A DNA stretch of 64,000 nt from a virus. The translations under genes and the position numbers were made by a program. The DNA lies in the IMG/VR virus record IMGVR_UViG_3300025087_000044, positions 35,114 through 99,113 of that record. One strand, 5' to 3'. Positions 49,634-59,116 of this stretch are shown here, piece after piece; position 1 is the stretch's first letter, and every line of letters begins with the position of its first letter. Below the pieces are notes generated by a model. The model had not been told where the DNA came from and did no database searches. It worked only from the letters and a program-made list of their open reading frames with translations.

Positions 49634-52327
49634 ATGGACAAGAAATACTTAAAAGCGATAACCAAAAGACAGAAGAATGGTTCACTGCTTGCGATTGCGT
49701 CAACTGAGAATAAGGATAGAGTCGGAGATTCTTTGAAAGCTGAAGATTGGGATTTTAAGCATTTTCAAAATAATCCAGTCCTTCAGGCAGGCCATGATTA
49801 CAGGCCTCAGTATACGATTGGAATTGCAGAGAATCTTAAGGTTGAGAACGGACAAGTTACGTTCACGCCAAAGTTTCATAACATCACAAAACTTGCCCAA
49901 GAGATAAGCAAGATGTATGAAGAGGGTTTTTTGACTGCTTGGAGTGTTGGCTTTATTCCCAAGGAATCTAACGTAGAAATCAAGAAGAATCAACTGCTTG
50001 AGGTTTCAGCAGTTGCCGTTCCTGCCAACCCTTATGCTTTGACTTCTTTAAAGAGTTGCAAGAAAGAATTGGAGAGTGTTGATAATGATGTTATAGAAAA
50101 TATAAAAGAGTGGGTAACTAAAGAATATGACGAGTTAACTGAACAGCCAGTCGAAGAGCCAGTTGTTGAAGCACCCGAAGAAGGTGTTGATGAAAAGATT
50201 TGGGATGATTCTGAAACAGAGGTAAGGTATAGAGTCAAAAACCCTGAATTATTCGAGCAAGATTCTTTTAGAACCATTGCCATAAAAGAAGACAAGCCAT
50301 CAATCAATGCTGTTATTGGAAAGCTCATCGGAGAAGAGTCAACAACTATCCAATCGCTTGTTTTCTCTAAAGATGAGGGCCGGACGTTAGAAGATGCGAA
50401 AACTTGGGTTGAAGAACATCCTGACATTAAAGCTATAGGAGAAGAGGACGTTCCATTGCCTGACGAAACGGTCCCTGAAGACATGCCAATGGATAAGCCT
50501 GCCGAAGACGCAGAAGAGTCTGAAAGCGATAAGCCTGAAATGATGAAGATGCAAACGGGAGAAACCAATGGACACACGCACGAGGCTGAGTTCGGTAAAG
50601 AATCTGGAAACGGAAAAACCAATGAAGTTGAAATGCACTATCATGACATTGAAAATTTTATTGTAAAAGAAGCTGGAGAAGTTGCTCACACTCATTCATT
50701 AGATGTTCAGCCTGAAGAGGGGAATGAAGATGAGGAGGTTGTGATAGAAGAGACTGGCTTGAGGGAGTTTAAGTATAAGGAGAGATGGAACAAGTCGTTA
50801 TCAAAATCGTTCGACATTGAAAATGCTCCGTCGATAACAAATAGCCCGATGTTTAAGATTTACACAAAGTATCTTGAGTGCAGCGTGAAGGACGTATTTG
50901 TTAATAGTACATTCGTTCCGTCTCCGATGATTGGAAATTACTTAAATGCTGTAAAGAATATATTGTCTGGATATAACTTGAAAGGCACTAGGGGATATGA
51001 TTTGTGGAGTGGAAATGAAATTCCACCATTATCTGAAGTCATTAAATTGAACTCATCTAGTTCAGACGACTTCCTTGTTCAAGGAACTCAGTATTACGAA
51101 AACGAAGGAAAGGGTTTTGTTGTACAGTATCAGCCAGTCTGGGGAGGAATGAGTGTCGACATATTGACTTCCAGAAATGACAAGGATTTCAATAAGAACA
51201 TAAAGAAGTTAATTGAAGATTACGCAGAGAAGAACAATAAACTAAAAGGAGAAATGTTTGCTCTAAGCGGTGAGTTCTTGGTTAAGACTGATGAACGGTT
51301 TGATGATATTGTGCTAGATGCAGTAGTTAAGAAATCAATCGTGAACACATCTAGTCAGATGGTTAAGAAGGGCATTGAGTTCGCCAGTCGAGGAATGATA
51401 TTCATGGGACCGCCAGGAACAGGGAAGACTAAAACGTGCAGAGCCATAATGAATAGTTCTGATTCTACGTTCATCTGGGTATCAAGCAAGGATTTAAGGG
51501 CTTACGGAGCGGTTGAATGTATAAGTTTGGCTTATTCTTTAGCTAGGAAGATTGCTCCTGCAATCATCTTGTTTGAAGATATTGATACATGGATTAAGGA
51601 TTATGTTATTGATGCGTTGAAGACTGAACTTGACGGGCTTAATTCCACCAAAGCTATCCTTACAATCCTTACGTCAAACAATCCTGAGAACCTGCCTGAT
51701 TCATTGATTGACAGACCAGGAAGATTCCATGAAGTGCTTGAATTCGGACTTCCTAATAAGGCATTGAGGTCAGAGATGATTGTAAAATTCATAGGAGATT
51801 CCATTGATTCAGTTGACACGGATAATCTTAACAAGGTTATTGATGACACAGAAGGAATGTCAGGTGCACATATTAAAGAGTTGGTTGAATACGCCAAAGT
51901 GATATCGGAAGAAGAAGCGGTCAGTCTTGATGTGGCTTTAGTAAAGAGTCTTGACAAGATAAAGAAACAGAGAGAGTTGATAAGCACTATACAGTCAAAG
52001 GCATTTAATCTGAAATTAAAGGAAGGAAGAGTATTGTCAACTAAAAACATTGAAGTAATTAACCAAGCGATAACTGCTCAAAAGAACTCAGTTCAGGTAC
52101 TTGAGAAACTTTTAGAAGAGTCATCAGCAATGAATGACGCTTCCAAAGCTCAAAAACCCTTTAACAAGAACGAGAGTTTAGCTAAAGGTCGGACAGAACC
52201 CCAAAAACGGATGGAGCAGAAAACCATAGGTCAGATGGAGACATCAGACCAAATAGTTTTACGGGTTCTACAAAAAATAGCGGGGCAATCTTGCTACGCT
52301 TTAAACAAGTTGAATAGAAAAATATGA
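49634..52327 (+). CDS. HK97 prohead protease fused to acidic/His-rich linker and AAA+ ATPase
   Basis: ASTE..DR.GD, NPVL..H, SVGF, LLEVSAVAVPANP; GPPGTGKT, ILFEDID, TSN, DRPGRF. Confidence 0.88.
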   Translation: MDKKYLKAITKRQKNGSLLAIASTENKDRVGDSLKAEDWDFKHFQNNPVLQAGHDYRPQYTIGIAENLKVENGQVTFTPKFHNITKLAQEISKMYEEGFLTAWSVGFIPKESNVEIKKNQLLEVSAVAVPANPYALTSLKSCKKELESVDNDVIENIKEWVTKEYDELTEQPVEEPVVEAPEEGVDEKIWDDSETEVRYRVKNPELFEQDSFRTIAIKEDKPSINAVIGKLIGEESTTIQSLVFSKDEGRTLEDAKTWVEEHPDIKAIGEEDVPLPDETVPEDMPMDKPAEDAEESESDKPEMMKMQTGETNGHTHEAEFGKESGNGKTNEVEMHYHDIENFIVKEAGEVAHTHSLDVQPEEGNEDEEVVIEETGLREFKYKERWNKSLSKSFDIENAPSITNSPMFKIYTKYLECSVKDVFVNSTFVPSPMIGNYLNAVKNILSGYNLKGTRGYDLWSGNEIPPLSEVIKLNSSSSDDFLVQGTQYYENEGKGFVVQYQPVWGGMSVDILTSRNDKDFNKNIKKLIEDYAEKNNKLKGEMFALSGEFLVKTDERFDDIVLDAVVKKSIVNTSSQMVKKGIEFASRGMIFMGPPGTGKTKTCRAIMNSSDSTFIWVSSKDLRAYGAVECISLAYSLARKIAPAIILFEDIDTWIKDYVIDALKTELDGLNSTKAILTILTSNNPENLPDSLIDRPGRFHEVLEFGLPNKALRSEMIVKFIGDSIDSVDTDNLNKVIDDTEGMSGAHIKELVEYAKVISEEEAVSLDVALVKSLDKIKKQRELISTIQSKAFNLKLKEGRVLSTKNIEVINQAITAQKNSVQVLEKLLEESSAMNDASKAQKPFNKNESLAKGRTEPQKRMEQKTIGQMETSDQIVLRVLQKIAGQSCYALNKLNRKI

Positions 52328-55300
52328 GTAAGAAAATTACAATCAACGGTAAAACCTACATCGAAGATGAGGGAGCCGCTCCTGAAACAACGGAGGAAGA
52401 AGTGAAGGAAGAAGGTGTAAGCGAGGAAGTGATTGACGAAACAGCACAGAAGATTCTCAAATCCTTGGGTATTGATGAGTTGAGAAAGTCAATTGCTGAG
52501 CTCAAACAGGCCACAAGCAAAGATAACGGGATTGACGCTAAGACCGCCTCTCTAATTGACCTTGCAGGCTTGATGAAGAAAGATGTCAATCAGTTGACAG
52601 TACAAGAGAAAATCATCGGATTCTTTCAGGCCATGGTTCAGAACAACCAGACCGTCATGAAAGCTTTGTCCGAGGGTTAGATAGCAGAAGCCCTCATTAA
52701 AATCGGTGAATTGCTGGGAACTCCTTTTTCAAAGGACAATCAGCAGCCAAGCTTTCGCTTAAATGGCGACTGAAGGTTCAACGACTAGGTCTTGAAACTG
52801 CGTATAGCAGAATATAACAGACCCAAGAGTGCCGATTACTAGCTCGTTAACAATTAAACTTGACTAATTCTCATAATTACTTTAAAATTATTGTATAATA
52901 ATTAAATTGTATTTATGAGAAAGATTCTCCAAAAGATAAAAACTGCCAGAGGAATTGGCTATGTAATGGAATGCGTTAATTGTCATAAGCCTTTCAGAAT
53001 AAAAAAATGGGATTATGACAATTTAAGAAAGGGAACTTATTGTTCTAACAGCTGTCGAGGTGAGTATCAACGTGTTTCTCTTGTTGGAAAACTTAATCCT
53101 AATTGGAAGGGTGGAAAGGTTCAGATAAAATGTATGGTTTGCGGAACAAGGGTTATGATTAAAGTTAAAGATGCAAAAAGGGGTGGTAAGTATTGTAGCA
53201 AACGGTGTAAAGACTATGACAACAGTAGAGTTGTTAAAATGAATTACGCAAACAATCCTGGACTAAGAGACAAGACAAAGCACGTTGGCGATAAAAACGG
53301 AAGATGGCTGTGTGGAAAGTCGTTTGAACCTTATACAACCTCTTTTAACGAACATACTAAGAACATTGTTAAAGACAGAGACAATAGAGTCTGTATGATT
53401 TGTGGAGTTAACGAAAAAGACCTAAGAGAGTCTTTAAACGTTCATCACATTGATTATGATAAAAAGAATAGCAACATTAACAATCTCATTTCATTGTGTA
53501 ATGTGTGTCATTCTAAAACAAATTCAAACAGAGAGTATTGGAGAAATTATTTGTCAAGTTTAATTGTTAACTAGCAGTAATGATATAGTCTGAACTGCAT
53601 AGTAATATGCAGATGCAACAAAATTAAAAAAGTTGCGATAACATAATGACTGCTGCCGATGGAGGATATCTTTTCCCTAAACGATTCATTGGGGCATACT
53701 AAATAAGTATGAAAATTGGGTGAACTGCTGGAACGTCCACTAAGTGGATAATCAGCAACCAAGCTAAAGGTTAAAATCTTTAGAAGGCTCAACGACTAGA
53801 GGGTGAAACTTGTTAAAAGAATATAATCCCTCCACGAGTGCCCAACTTCTTGAATTTGTAGCTGATATGTTGTATAATGTAATTATAATAAATAATTAAA
53901 TTATATGCGTAAAGGCTCTAAGATGACATTAGAACAGAGAAAAAGAGTTAGTCTTGCTCATTTTGGACATCCTGCATGGAATAAGGGTAAAAAGATGCCA
54001 GAATGGTGGGGAAGATTGTCTTCAGAAAGAGTATTAGCTGGAATAGGAGGAATGAAGGGAAGACATCACTCAGACAAGACCAAAGAAAAACAGAGAAAAT
54101 CCAATAAGACAAAACTACTTTGGCAAAATCCTGATTATAGAAAGATGATGTCCGAAAAGCACAAATGGCTTACTGGAAAAAATAATCCTGCTTATATTGA
54201 CGGAAGAAAGCCTCTAGTAATGAGAGTAAGAAATTCAGAAAAATATGAGAAATGGATTAAGTCTGTTTTCGAGAGAGATGATTACACTTGTCAAGACTGC
54301 AACGTTAGAGGTGGTAAATTAGAAGCACATCACATCAAAGGTTTTTCTAAGATATTTTCAGAAAATAACTTTAAAACCTTTGAGCAAGTAATGGACTGTG
54401 AAGAAATGTGGAATATGGACAATGGATTAACTCTCTGTAAAAAATGTCATAGCAAGATAAGTACAAGAAGATGATATAGTCTGACCACTAGATATACATA
54501 AAACTAGTGAAGCAAAAGATAAAGAACTTTTGCGATAACATAAATGGATGAGTTTGTTTCCGAGGTAGTTCGCGATTTGTCCAACGAGATGTATATGCGT
54601 AAACAACATTGCGCCCTTGCGTAAGCAAGGATAATCGGGTTAAACGGGGAAACTCCCTAACAAGGACAATCCCGTAGCAAGCATGAGGTTAAAATCTTAT
54701 GACGCTCTAACGACTAGATAGTGAACCTCTTAATTGAGAACATAACCTATCCACGAGTGCCCGACATTAGCTCTTTACAACTTAGATAGTTGAGACTCAA
54801 GAAATTTGATATGTTCTTGAAGACATTTAATAAATGTTTTCTCACCATTTCCCTTTTTGTCTGTTATCACAAGGTTTTCTGGGCGATTGTCATTTCTAAT
54901 GCCGTTTAGATGGTGAACAACATCTTGTTTAGTTAATTGCTTGTTATATTTAATAGAAGCTATTAAACGATGTTCGGGAACGTATCCATTAGAATCTGAT
55001 AAATAATGATTACGCATTTTTACTTTAACATATCCGTCTGCTGTATTAAACTTGCCCCCACGCCACATTGGATTACCTGATAACATCTGTCTTTTAGAGA
55101 TTGTTGCTCCACGTTCAGGAAGTTTATAGTTACAAGATGCGCATCTAAGATTTTTCTTGGGAATTTGTTTATTGCAATCAATGCAAAAATTAACAATCTT
55201 TTTTCTCAACATATTATCTAAGTTTAATTATTATATATATATTGTATATGTATAATCATTATAAGTAAAGTTCAAGTGAAGATATAGTCTGAACGCTACA

Positions 55301-57518
55301 GTAATGTAGTGACATAGAAGATAAAGAACTTCTATTATAACAAAATTGAATGAAGTTACGGTGGTTCCGATGAAGAGGGACATCATGAAGATTCCGACAT
55401 TGACATCTGGCCCGAAAGTAGCTTGGACGGCTGAGAATGCCGCGAAAAGCACAACGACAGCTACGTTCGATGAGGCGACTTTGACCGTCAAAAAGATGGC
55501 CGCCATAAAAATACATTGTGGCACTATACTGAAAAGTATAGTTAAAAATTCGGTAAATTGCTGGAAAACCCTGTTTCAAAACAGGACAATCAGCAGCCAA
55601 GCTTTGGCTTAAATGGCCAATGAAGGTTCAGAGACTAGGTGGTGAAACTATATATATAGAATATATCCACTCACGAAAACCGAATATCTATTTTGAACTT
55701 TGACAATTGACAATTACACTCTCATTATATATAATACAATTATTTATAAACTAATTGTGATATTGTATGAGAGAAAGAATAATCCTTGATAAAAAGACAA
55801 ACAGACTTGGAACGCTAAGTTATTTTGTGAAATGTGTTATGTGCGGAAAAGAGTTCTGGATAACAGAAAGTCAATTCAAAGACGGAAGAGGCCTTTACTG
55901 TTCACAGAAATGTTATCACTCTGACCCATTAGTAATTGATAATTTCAACAAAAGTTTTGCTTCGTTTAAAAAGGGAAAAGCTTCATGGAGTAAAGGGTTG
56001 ACTAAAGAAACTAGTATAATTATAAAACGAATGGCAGAAAAAAGAATTGGTGATAAGCATCCGTTATGGAAAGGAGGAAGAGCCAAAATGACTGGCGGAT
56101 ATATCGGTGTATTGATTCCAGAGCATCCAGATGCCAATGTTAACGGACGAGTTTTAGAACATAGATTGGTAATGGAAAAGAAACTTGGAAGAAGACTTGT
56201 TCATTACGAAGAGGTCCATCATAGAAACGGAATTAAAACTGATAACAGACCAGAAAACTTAGAGCTTGTATTGAAGTACAAACATCAAGGAGAAATTCAA
56301 TGTCCATATTGTCAATGTATGTTTAAAATAAAATAGATAATGATATAGTCCGACCTTACAGGAAACTGTAAGAAGCAGAAGATAAAGAGCTTTTGCGATA
56401 ACAAATTGAATGTACATCTCGGACGAATTGGTAGAAGATTCTGATAGCATCGACATCGTTAAGTTCATTGTTACTTTGTTCTCTGAAGCGATTGGAACCG
56501 AAGAAGACCGTGTTATCACAGCGGGTAACGGAACTACTGAGCCTACCGGCTACAATACTTCCGCCAATCCTGGAACGATAGCATGTTCTGGCAACTTGAG
56601 TTATGCCAACATGGTAGACCTCGAGTACACTTTGCCTGCGAAATATCATCGCAATGCAAAGTTCTTCGCGCACAGGAACAACATTCGAGAACTCCGCAAG
56701 ATGGTGGATTCCAATTCACGTCCTTTGTGGAGCGACCCGATTGCTCCTGGCCAGCCCCCGACATGGCACGGATTAAGTGGTAGTCCCTGTTATGCGTAAT
56801 CATAACAGAAAAGACGGTGAATTGCTGGAAAACCCTGTTTCAAAACAGGGCAATCAGCAGCCAAGCTTTACCAGTAATGGTTTAGAAGGTCCAACGACTA
56901 GGGGATGAGTCCACGTAGTGGATGATAATTTCCCCCAAGAGTGCCGTCCACCTTGAAAAAGGTGATGATATAGTCTGAACACTGACTATAAATAAAATCA
57001 GTGAAGCAAGAAATAAAGAGTTCTTGCGATAACATAATTGACCAAGTCGTTGAAGACAACAATCTGCCTGAGTCAGTTATCGCCTTTGGCGATTTGAAGC
57101 AGGCTTATTGGTTGGGCGACCGCAAGTCTATGACAGTGAAGGTAACTCAGGACACTGAGACTGCATTAACTGGTACATCGTACAAGTGCAGTATAAAGAG
57201 GATGAATTGCTGGGAAGCCCTGAAATGGGTTATCAGCAGCCTAGCTTTGCCAGTAATGGCTTAGAAGGTTCAGAGCATAGAGTCCGAGTCCCTCCGGGAC
57301 GATAATGACTCCACGAGCGTCCTCAATCCATTAGTTTAATGGATTATGATATATGCCGACCACCAGATATGAATAAAACTGGTGAAAAGTCAGATAAAAA
57401 ACTGGCTTGTTAAAAATATTTAGTTGTCCATGACCAAACAGCTGTCCGTGTTGTTTCTCGCATTGCAGGTAATGTAGTTAATCCGTACGCTATCAAGAAA
57501 CTTACAAACATTCCGTAG
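52324..57518 (+). CDS. HK97-fold major capsid protein, spliced from 7 exons (393 aa)
   Basis: join(52324..52677,53649..53678,54547..54600,55349..55506,56409..56773,57041..57166,57424..57518) = 1182 nt open frame: ...ALSEG-TAADGGYLFP-DEFVSEVVRDL...MR-NEVTVVPM...KKMAAI-MYISDELVEDS...WHGY-QVVEDNNLP...FGDL...TAF-VHDQTAVRVVSR...NIP*. Confidence 0.93.
52678..53648 (+). mobile_element. group I intron 1 of capsid gene (971 nt, HNH ORF in P8)
   Basis: P1 GAGGGU/GCCCUC; AATCAGCAG; AACGACTAG; GATATAGTC; terminal G 53648. Confidence 0.92.
52915..53574 (+). CDS. intron-encoded HNH homing endonuclease
   Basis: zinc-finger repeats, NPNWKGG; CMICG...VHHIDY.K.N....NLISLCNVCH. Confidence 0.88.
   Translation: MRKILQKIKTARGIGYVMECVNCHKPFRIKKWDYDNLRKGTYCSNSCRGEYQRVSLVGKLNPNWKGGKVQIKCMVCGTRVMIKVKDAKRGGKYCSKRCKDYDNSRVVKMNYANNPGLRDKTKHVGDKNGRWLCGKSFEPYTTSFNEHTKNIVKDRDNRVCMICGVNEKDLRESLNVHHIDYDKKNSNINNLISLCNVCHSKTNSNREYWRNYLSSLIVN
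53679..54546 (+). mobile_element. group I intron 2 (868 nt, HNH ORF in P8)
   Basis: P1 CCCU/GGGG; P10 AUUCAU/AUGAGU; core motifs; terminal G 54546. Confidence 0.9.
53905..54474 (+). CDS. intron-encoded NUMOD3-HNH endonuclease
   Basis: WNKGKK, GRHHSDKTKEK; VFERDDYTCQDC...HHIK...LCKKCH. Confidence 0.88.
   Translation: MRKGSKMTLEQRKRVSLAHFGHPAWNKGKKMPEWWGRLSSERVLAGIGGMKGRHHSDKTKEKQRKSNKTKLLWQNPDYRKMMSEKHKWLTGKNNPAYIDGRKPLVMRVRNSEKYEKWIKSVFERDDYTCQDCNVRGGKLEAHHIKGFSKIFSENNFKTFEQVMDCEEMWNMDNGLTLCKKCHSKISTRR
54601..55348 (+). mobile_element. group I intron 3 (748 nt, antisense HNH ORF in P8)
   Basis: P1 GCGU/GCGC; AACGACTAG; AAGATATAGTCTG; terminal G 55348. Confidence 0.9.
54775..55212 (-). CDS. 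intron-encoded HNH endonuclease on the antisense strand
   Basis: YVPEHRL...VHHLNGIRNDNRPENL. Confidence 0.85.
   Translation of the reverse strand: MLRKKIVNFCIDCNKQIPKKNLRCASCNYKLPERGATISKRQMLSGNPMWRGGKFNTADGYVKVKMRNHYLSDSNGYVPEHRLIASIKYNKQLTKQDVVHHLNGIRNDNRPENLVITDKKGNGEKTFIKCLQEHIKFLESQLSKL
55507..56408 (+). mobile_element. group I intron 4 (902 nt, HNH ORF in P8)
   Basis: P1 GCCAU/GUGGC; P10 UACAUU/AAUGUA; core motifs; terminal G 56408. Confidence 0.92.
55767..56336 (+). CDS. intron-encoded HNH endonuclease
   Basis: LEHRLVME..LGR...VHHRNGIKTDNRPENL. Confidence 0.88.
   Translation: MRERIILDKKTNRLGTLSYFVKCVMCGKEFWITESQFKDGRGLYCSQKCYHSDPLVIDNFNKSFASFKKGKASWSKGLTKETSIIIKRMAEKRIGDKHPLWKGGRAKMTGGYIGVLIPEHPDANVNGRVLEHRLVMEKKLGRRLVHYEEVHHRNGIKTDNRPENLELVLKYKHQGEIQCPYCQCMFKIK
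56774..57040 (+). ncRNA. group I intron 5 (267 nt, no ORF)
   Basis: P1 GGAU/GUCC; short P8 CACCTT-GAAA-AAGGTG; terminal G 57040. Confidence 0.92.
57167..57423 (+). ncRNA. group I intron 6 (257 nt, no ORF, variant P7)
   Basis: P1 ACUGCAU/GUGCAGU; P7 GCAUA/UAUGC; P8 AATCCATTA/TAATGGATT; terminal G 57423. Confidence 0.88.
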
Positions 57519-57541
57519 TCCTAAGTTTGTTGATGGTTTTT

Positions 57542-57567
57542 GGGGCTGGGTAGAAATACCTAGCCCT
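57542..57567 (+). terminator. hairpin after capsid stop codon
   Basis: GGGCTGGGTA-GAAA-TACCTAGCCC; no clear U-tract. Confidence 0.45.
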
Positions 57568-57777
57568 CTAACCCCCAATAAACACCTCTCTTAAGGCTCA
57601 AAATTGACCTCTAACGTATGAAAGACACAATACATATAATAATCTACTCAGAGACTAACAATGACCTTATAAACGTCATTCCCAAAAAGAAGAAACGCAA
57701 TAGTAATCTGTTTAAGGCTGGAACATTTAAGAACGCTAAAACTAGAGCTTTTAATAAAAAACCTAACTTATAACAAT

Positions 57778-59100
57778 ATGGGAGAGTATTCTCAAGAACT
57801 ACCAAACATGCACCCTGCTACAGGCAGGGTCATTAAGGAAGATGGAACCACTAAGAACATAGCGGATGCCATTATTACGGACATTAACGGGAACGAAGCG
57901 GTGAGGACCACAGCTACCATGTCTGGAGATGTCAATGTTGACCAGACTTCAATCAATGTTAACGCCTACGTTGGAAAACCGCTTGGAACCAATGGGGATT
58001 TTGTTACTGCCAGGACCGGTGACACTACGTTTACTTGCGCAACTTTGCCTGTTGGAGTTGCCGCTATAAAGAGCGAGGACATTGAGTTAATCAGGCAGAT
58101 AAGTGCAGCTGGAGTAGTGGTTGCTTCTTACAGTAGGGATGATGTAACCATAACGGTTGCAGGCACAGACCCGACTACGGTTACCGTTGCAGGTGCTGTT
58201 TTTGGAGCGACTGATACGATTATTGTTTATACCAACATCAGTAAGACTAATTTTATAGCGTCATCGTCAAAGCCTGCTGCCGTCGCGACTGGTGCTATTG
58301 TACGTCCTTATTTTGACATATACGGCAGGCAGCGAGTGTATGACGAGGGTGGTGGAGGAGTTGGTGGAGGCGGTTTCATGACTTACGTGTTTGATTCATT
58401 GAATTCTTTTAGGCTTGGAACTACGCTCTATGTCGCAGCTACTCAGTTTTCCGTGAGCGGACATAATTTCACTCCCAATCCAGCTGCTTTGATTAAGATT
58501 GACAGATTCAGTTCTGCCGGTGCTTATCAGGAGACTATAACTCCATATTCTCATGTCATTGCTGTTTCAACGACAAGCGGAGTGTCTACATATACGGTAA
58601 CTGGAATGGCTGCTTCTGCCGGTGATACATTTGTCGTGTACCAGCAAGGTCCTGAAAGAACCATAACAAATTCAAGTGATTCGCAGAGAATTGACAACAT
58701 CAACCCGCTATCGTATCAGACTATTCCTGACAGCTGGGTAGATACAACCAATGTAGCCGCGGCTACGGTATATTATCCGTCTGCTTTAGGTTATTCCAAT
58801 GACGGTACAAAAGACGAATCGACATCGTATAAATTCATTGACGCGGACGGCACTATTACCTTAACGCATGAATCCACTAATGATGAAGACCAGACCAACG
58901 CGGATTGGGTTGATGATACCAAGGCGTTGTACGATAGGAACGCGGACGCTACGGGAGCTTCTTCGTTCACGGTGACTAACGGTACGATGACGGGAATCTT
59001 AGATTCGGATAATAACAGCGCAAGGTTTAGTCGTTGGAAAGTGGTGTATTCAGGCTCGACCAATACCGCTATCCTTAAATCCAAGAGAAAGGCTTTGTAA
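57778..59100 (+). CDS. putative virion structural protein
   Basis: Thr/Gly/Ala-rich, beta-rich, follows the capsid gene. Confidence 0.6.
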   Translation: MGEYSQELPNMHPATGRVIKEDGTTKNIADAIITDINGNEAVRTTATMSGDVNVDQTSINVNAYVGKPLGTNGDFVTARTGDTTFTCATLPVGVAAIKSEDIELIRQISAAGVVVASYSRDDVTITVAGTDPTTVTVAGAVFGATDTIIVYTNISKTNFIASSSKPAAVATGAIVRPYFDIYGRQRVYDEGGGGVGGGGFMTYVFDSLNSFRLGTTLYVAATQFSVSGHNFTPNPAALIKIDRFSSAGAYQETITPYSHVIAVSTTSGVSTYTVTGMAASAGDTFVVYQQGPERTITNSSDSQRIDNINPLSYQTIPDSWVDTTNVAAATVYYPSALGYSNDGTKDESTSYKFIDADGTITLTHESTNDEDQTNADWVDDTKALYDRNADATGASSFTVTNGTMTGILDSDNNSARFSRWKVVYSGSTNTAILKSKRKAL

Positions 59101-59116
59101 TTAACAATATAATTAT

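Noticed and set aside
50032-50695. Long minus-strand ORFs opposite the protease (and similar ones elsewhere)
   Set aside because: Antisense shadows of acidic + strand coding sequence, with no motifs
55346-57264. ORFs 55346..55612, 56410..56799 and 57001..57264 as independent genes
   Set aside because: They are capsid exons running into intron sequence
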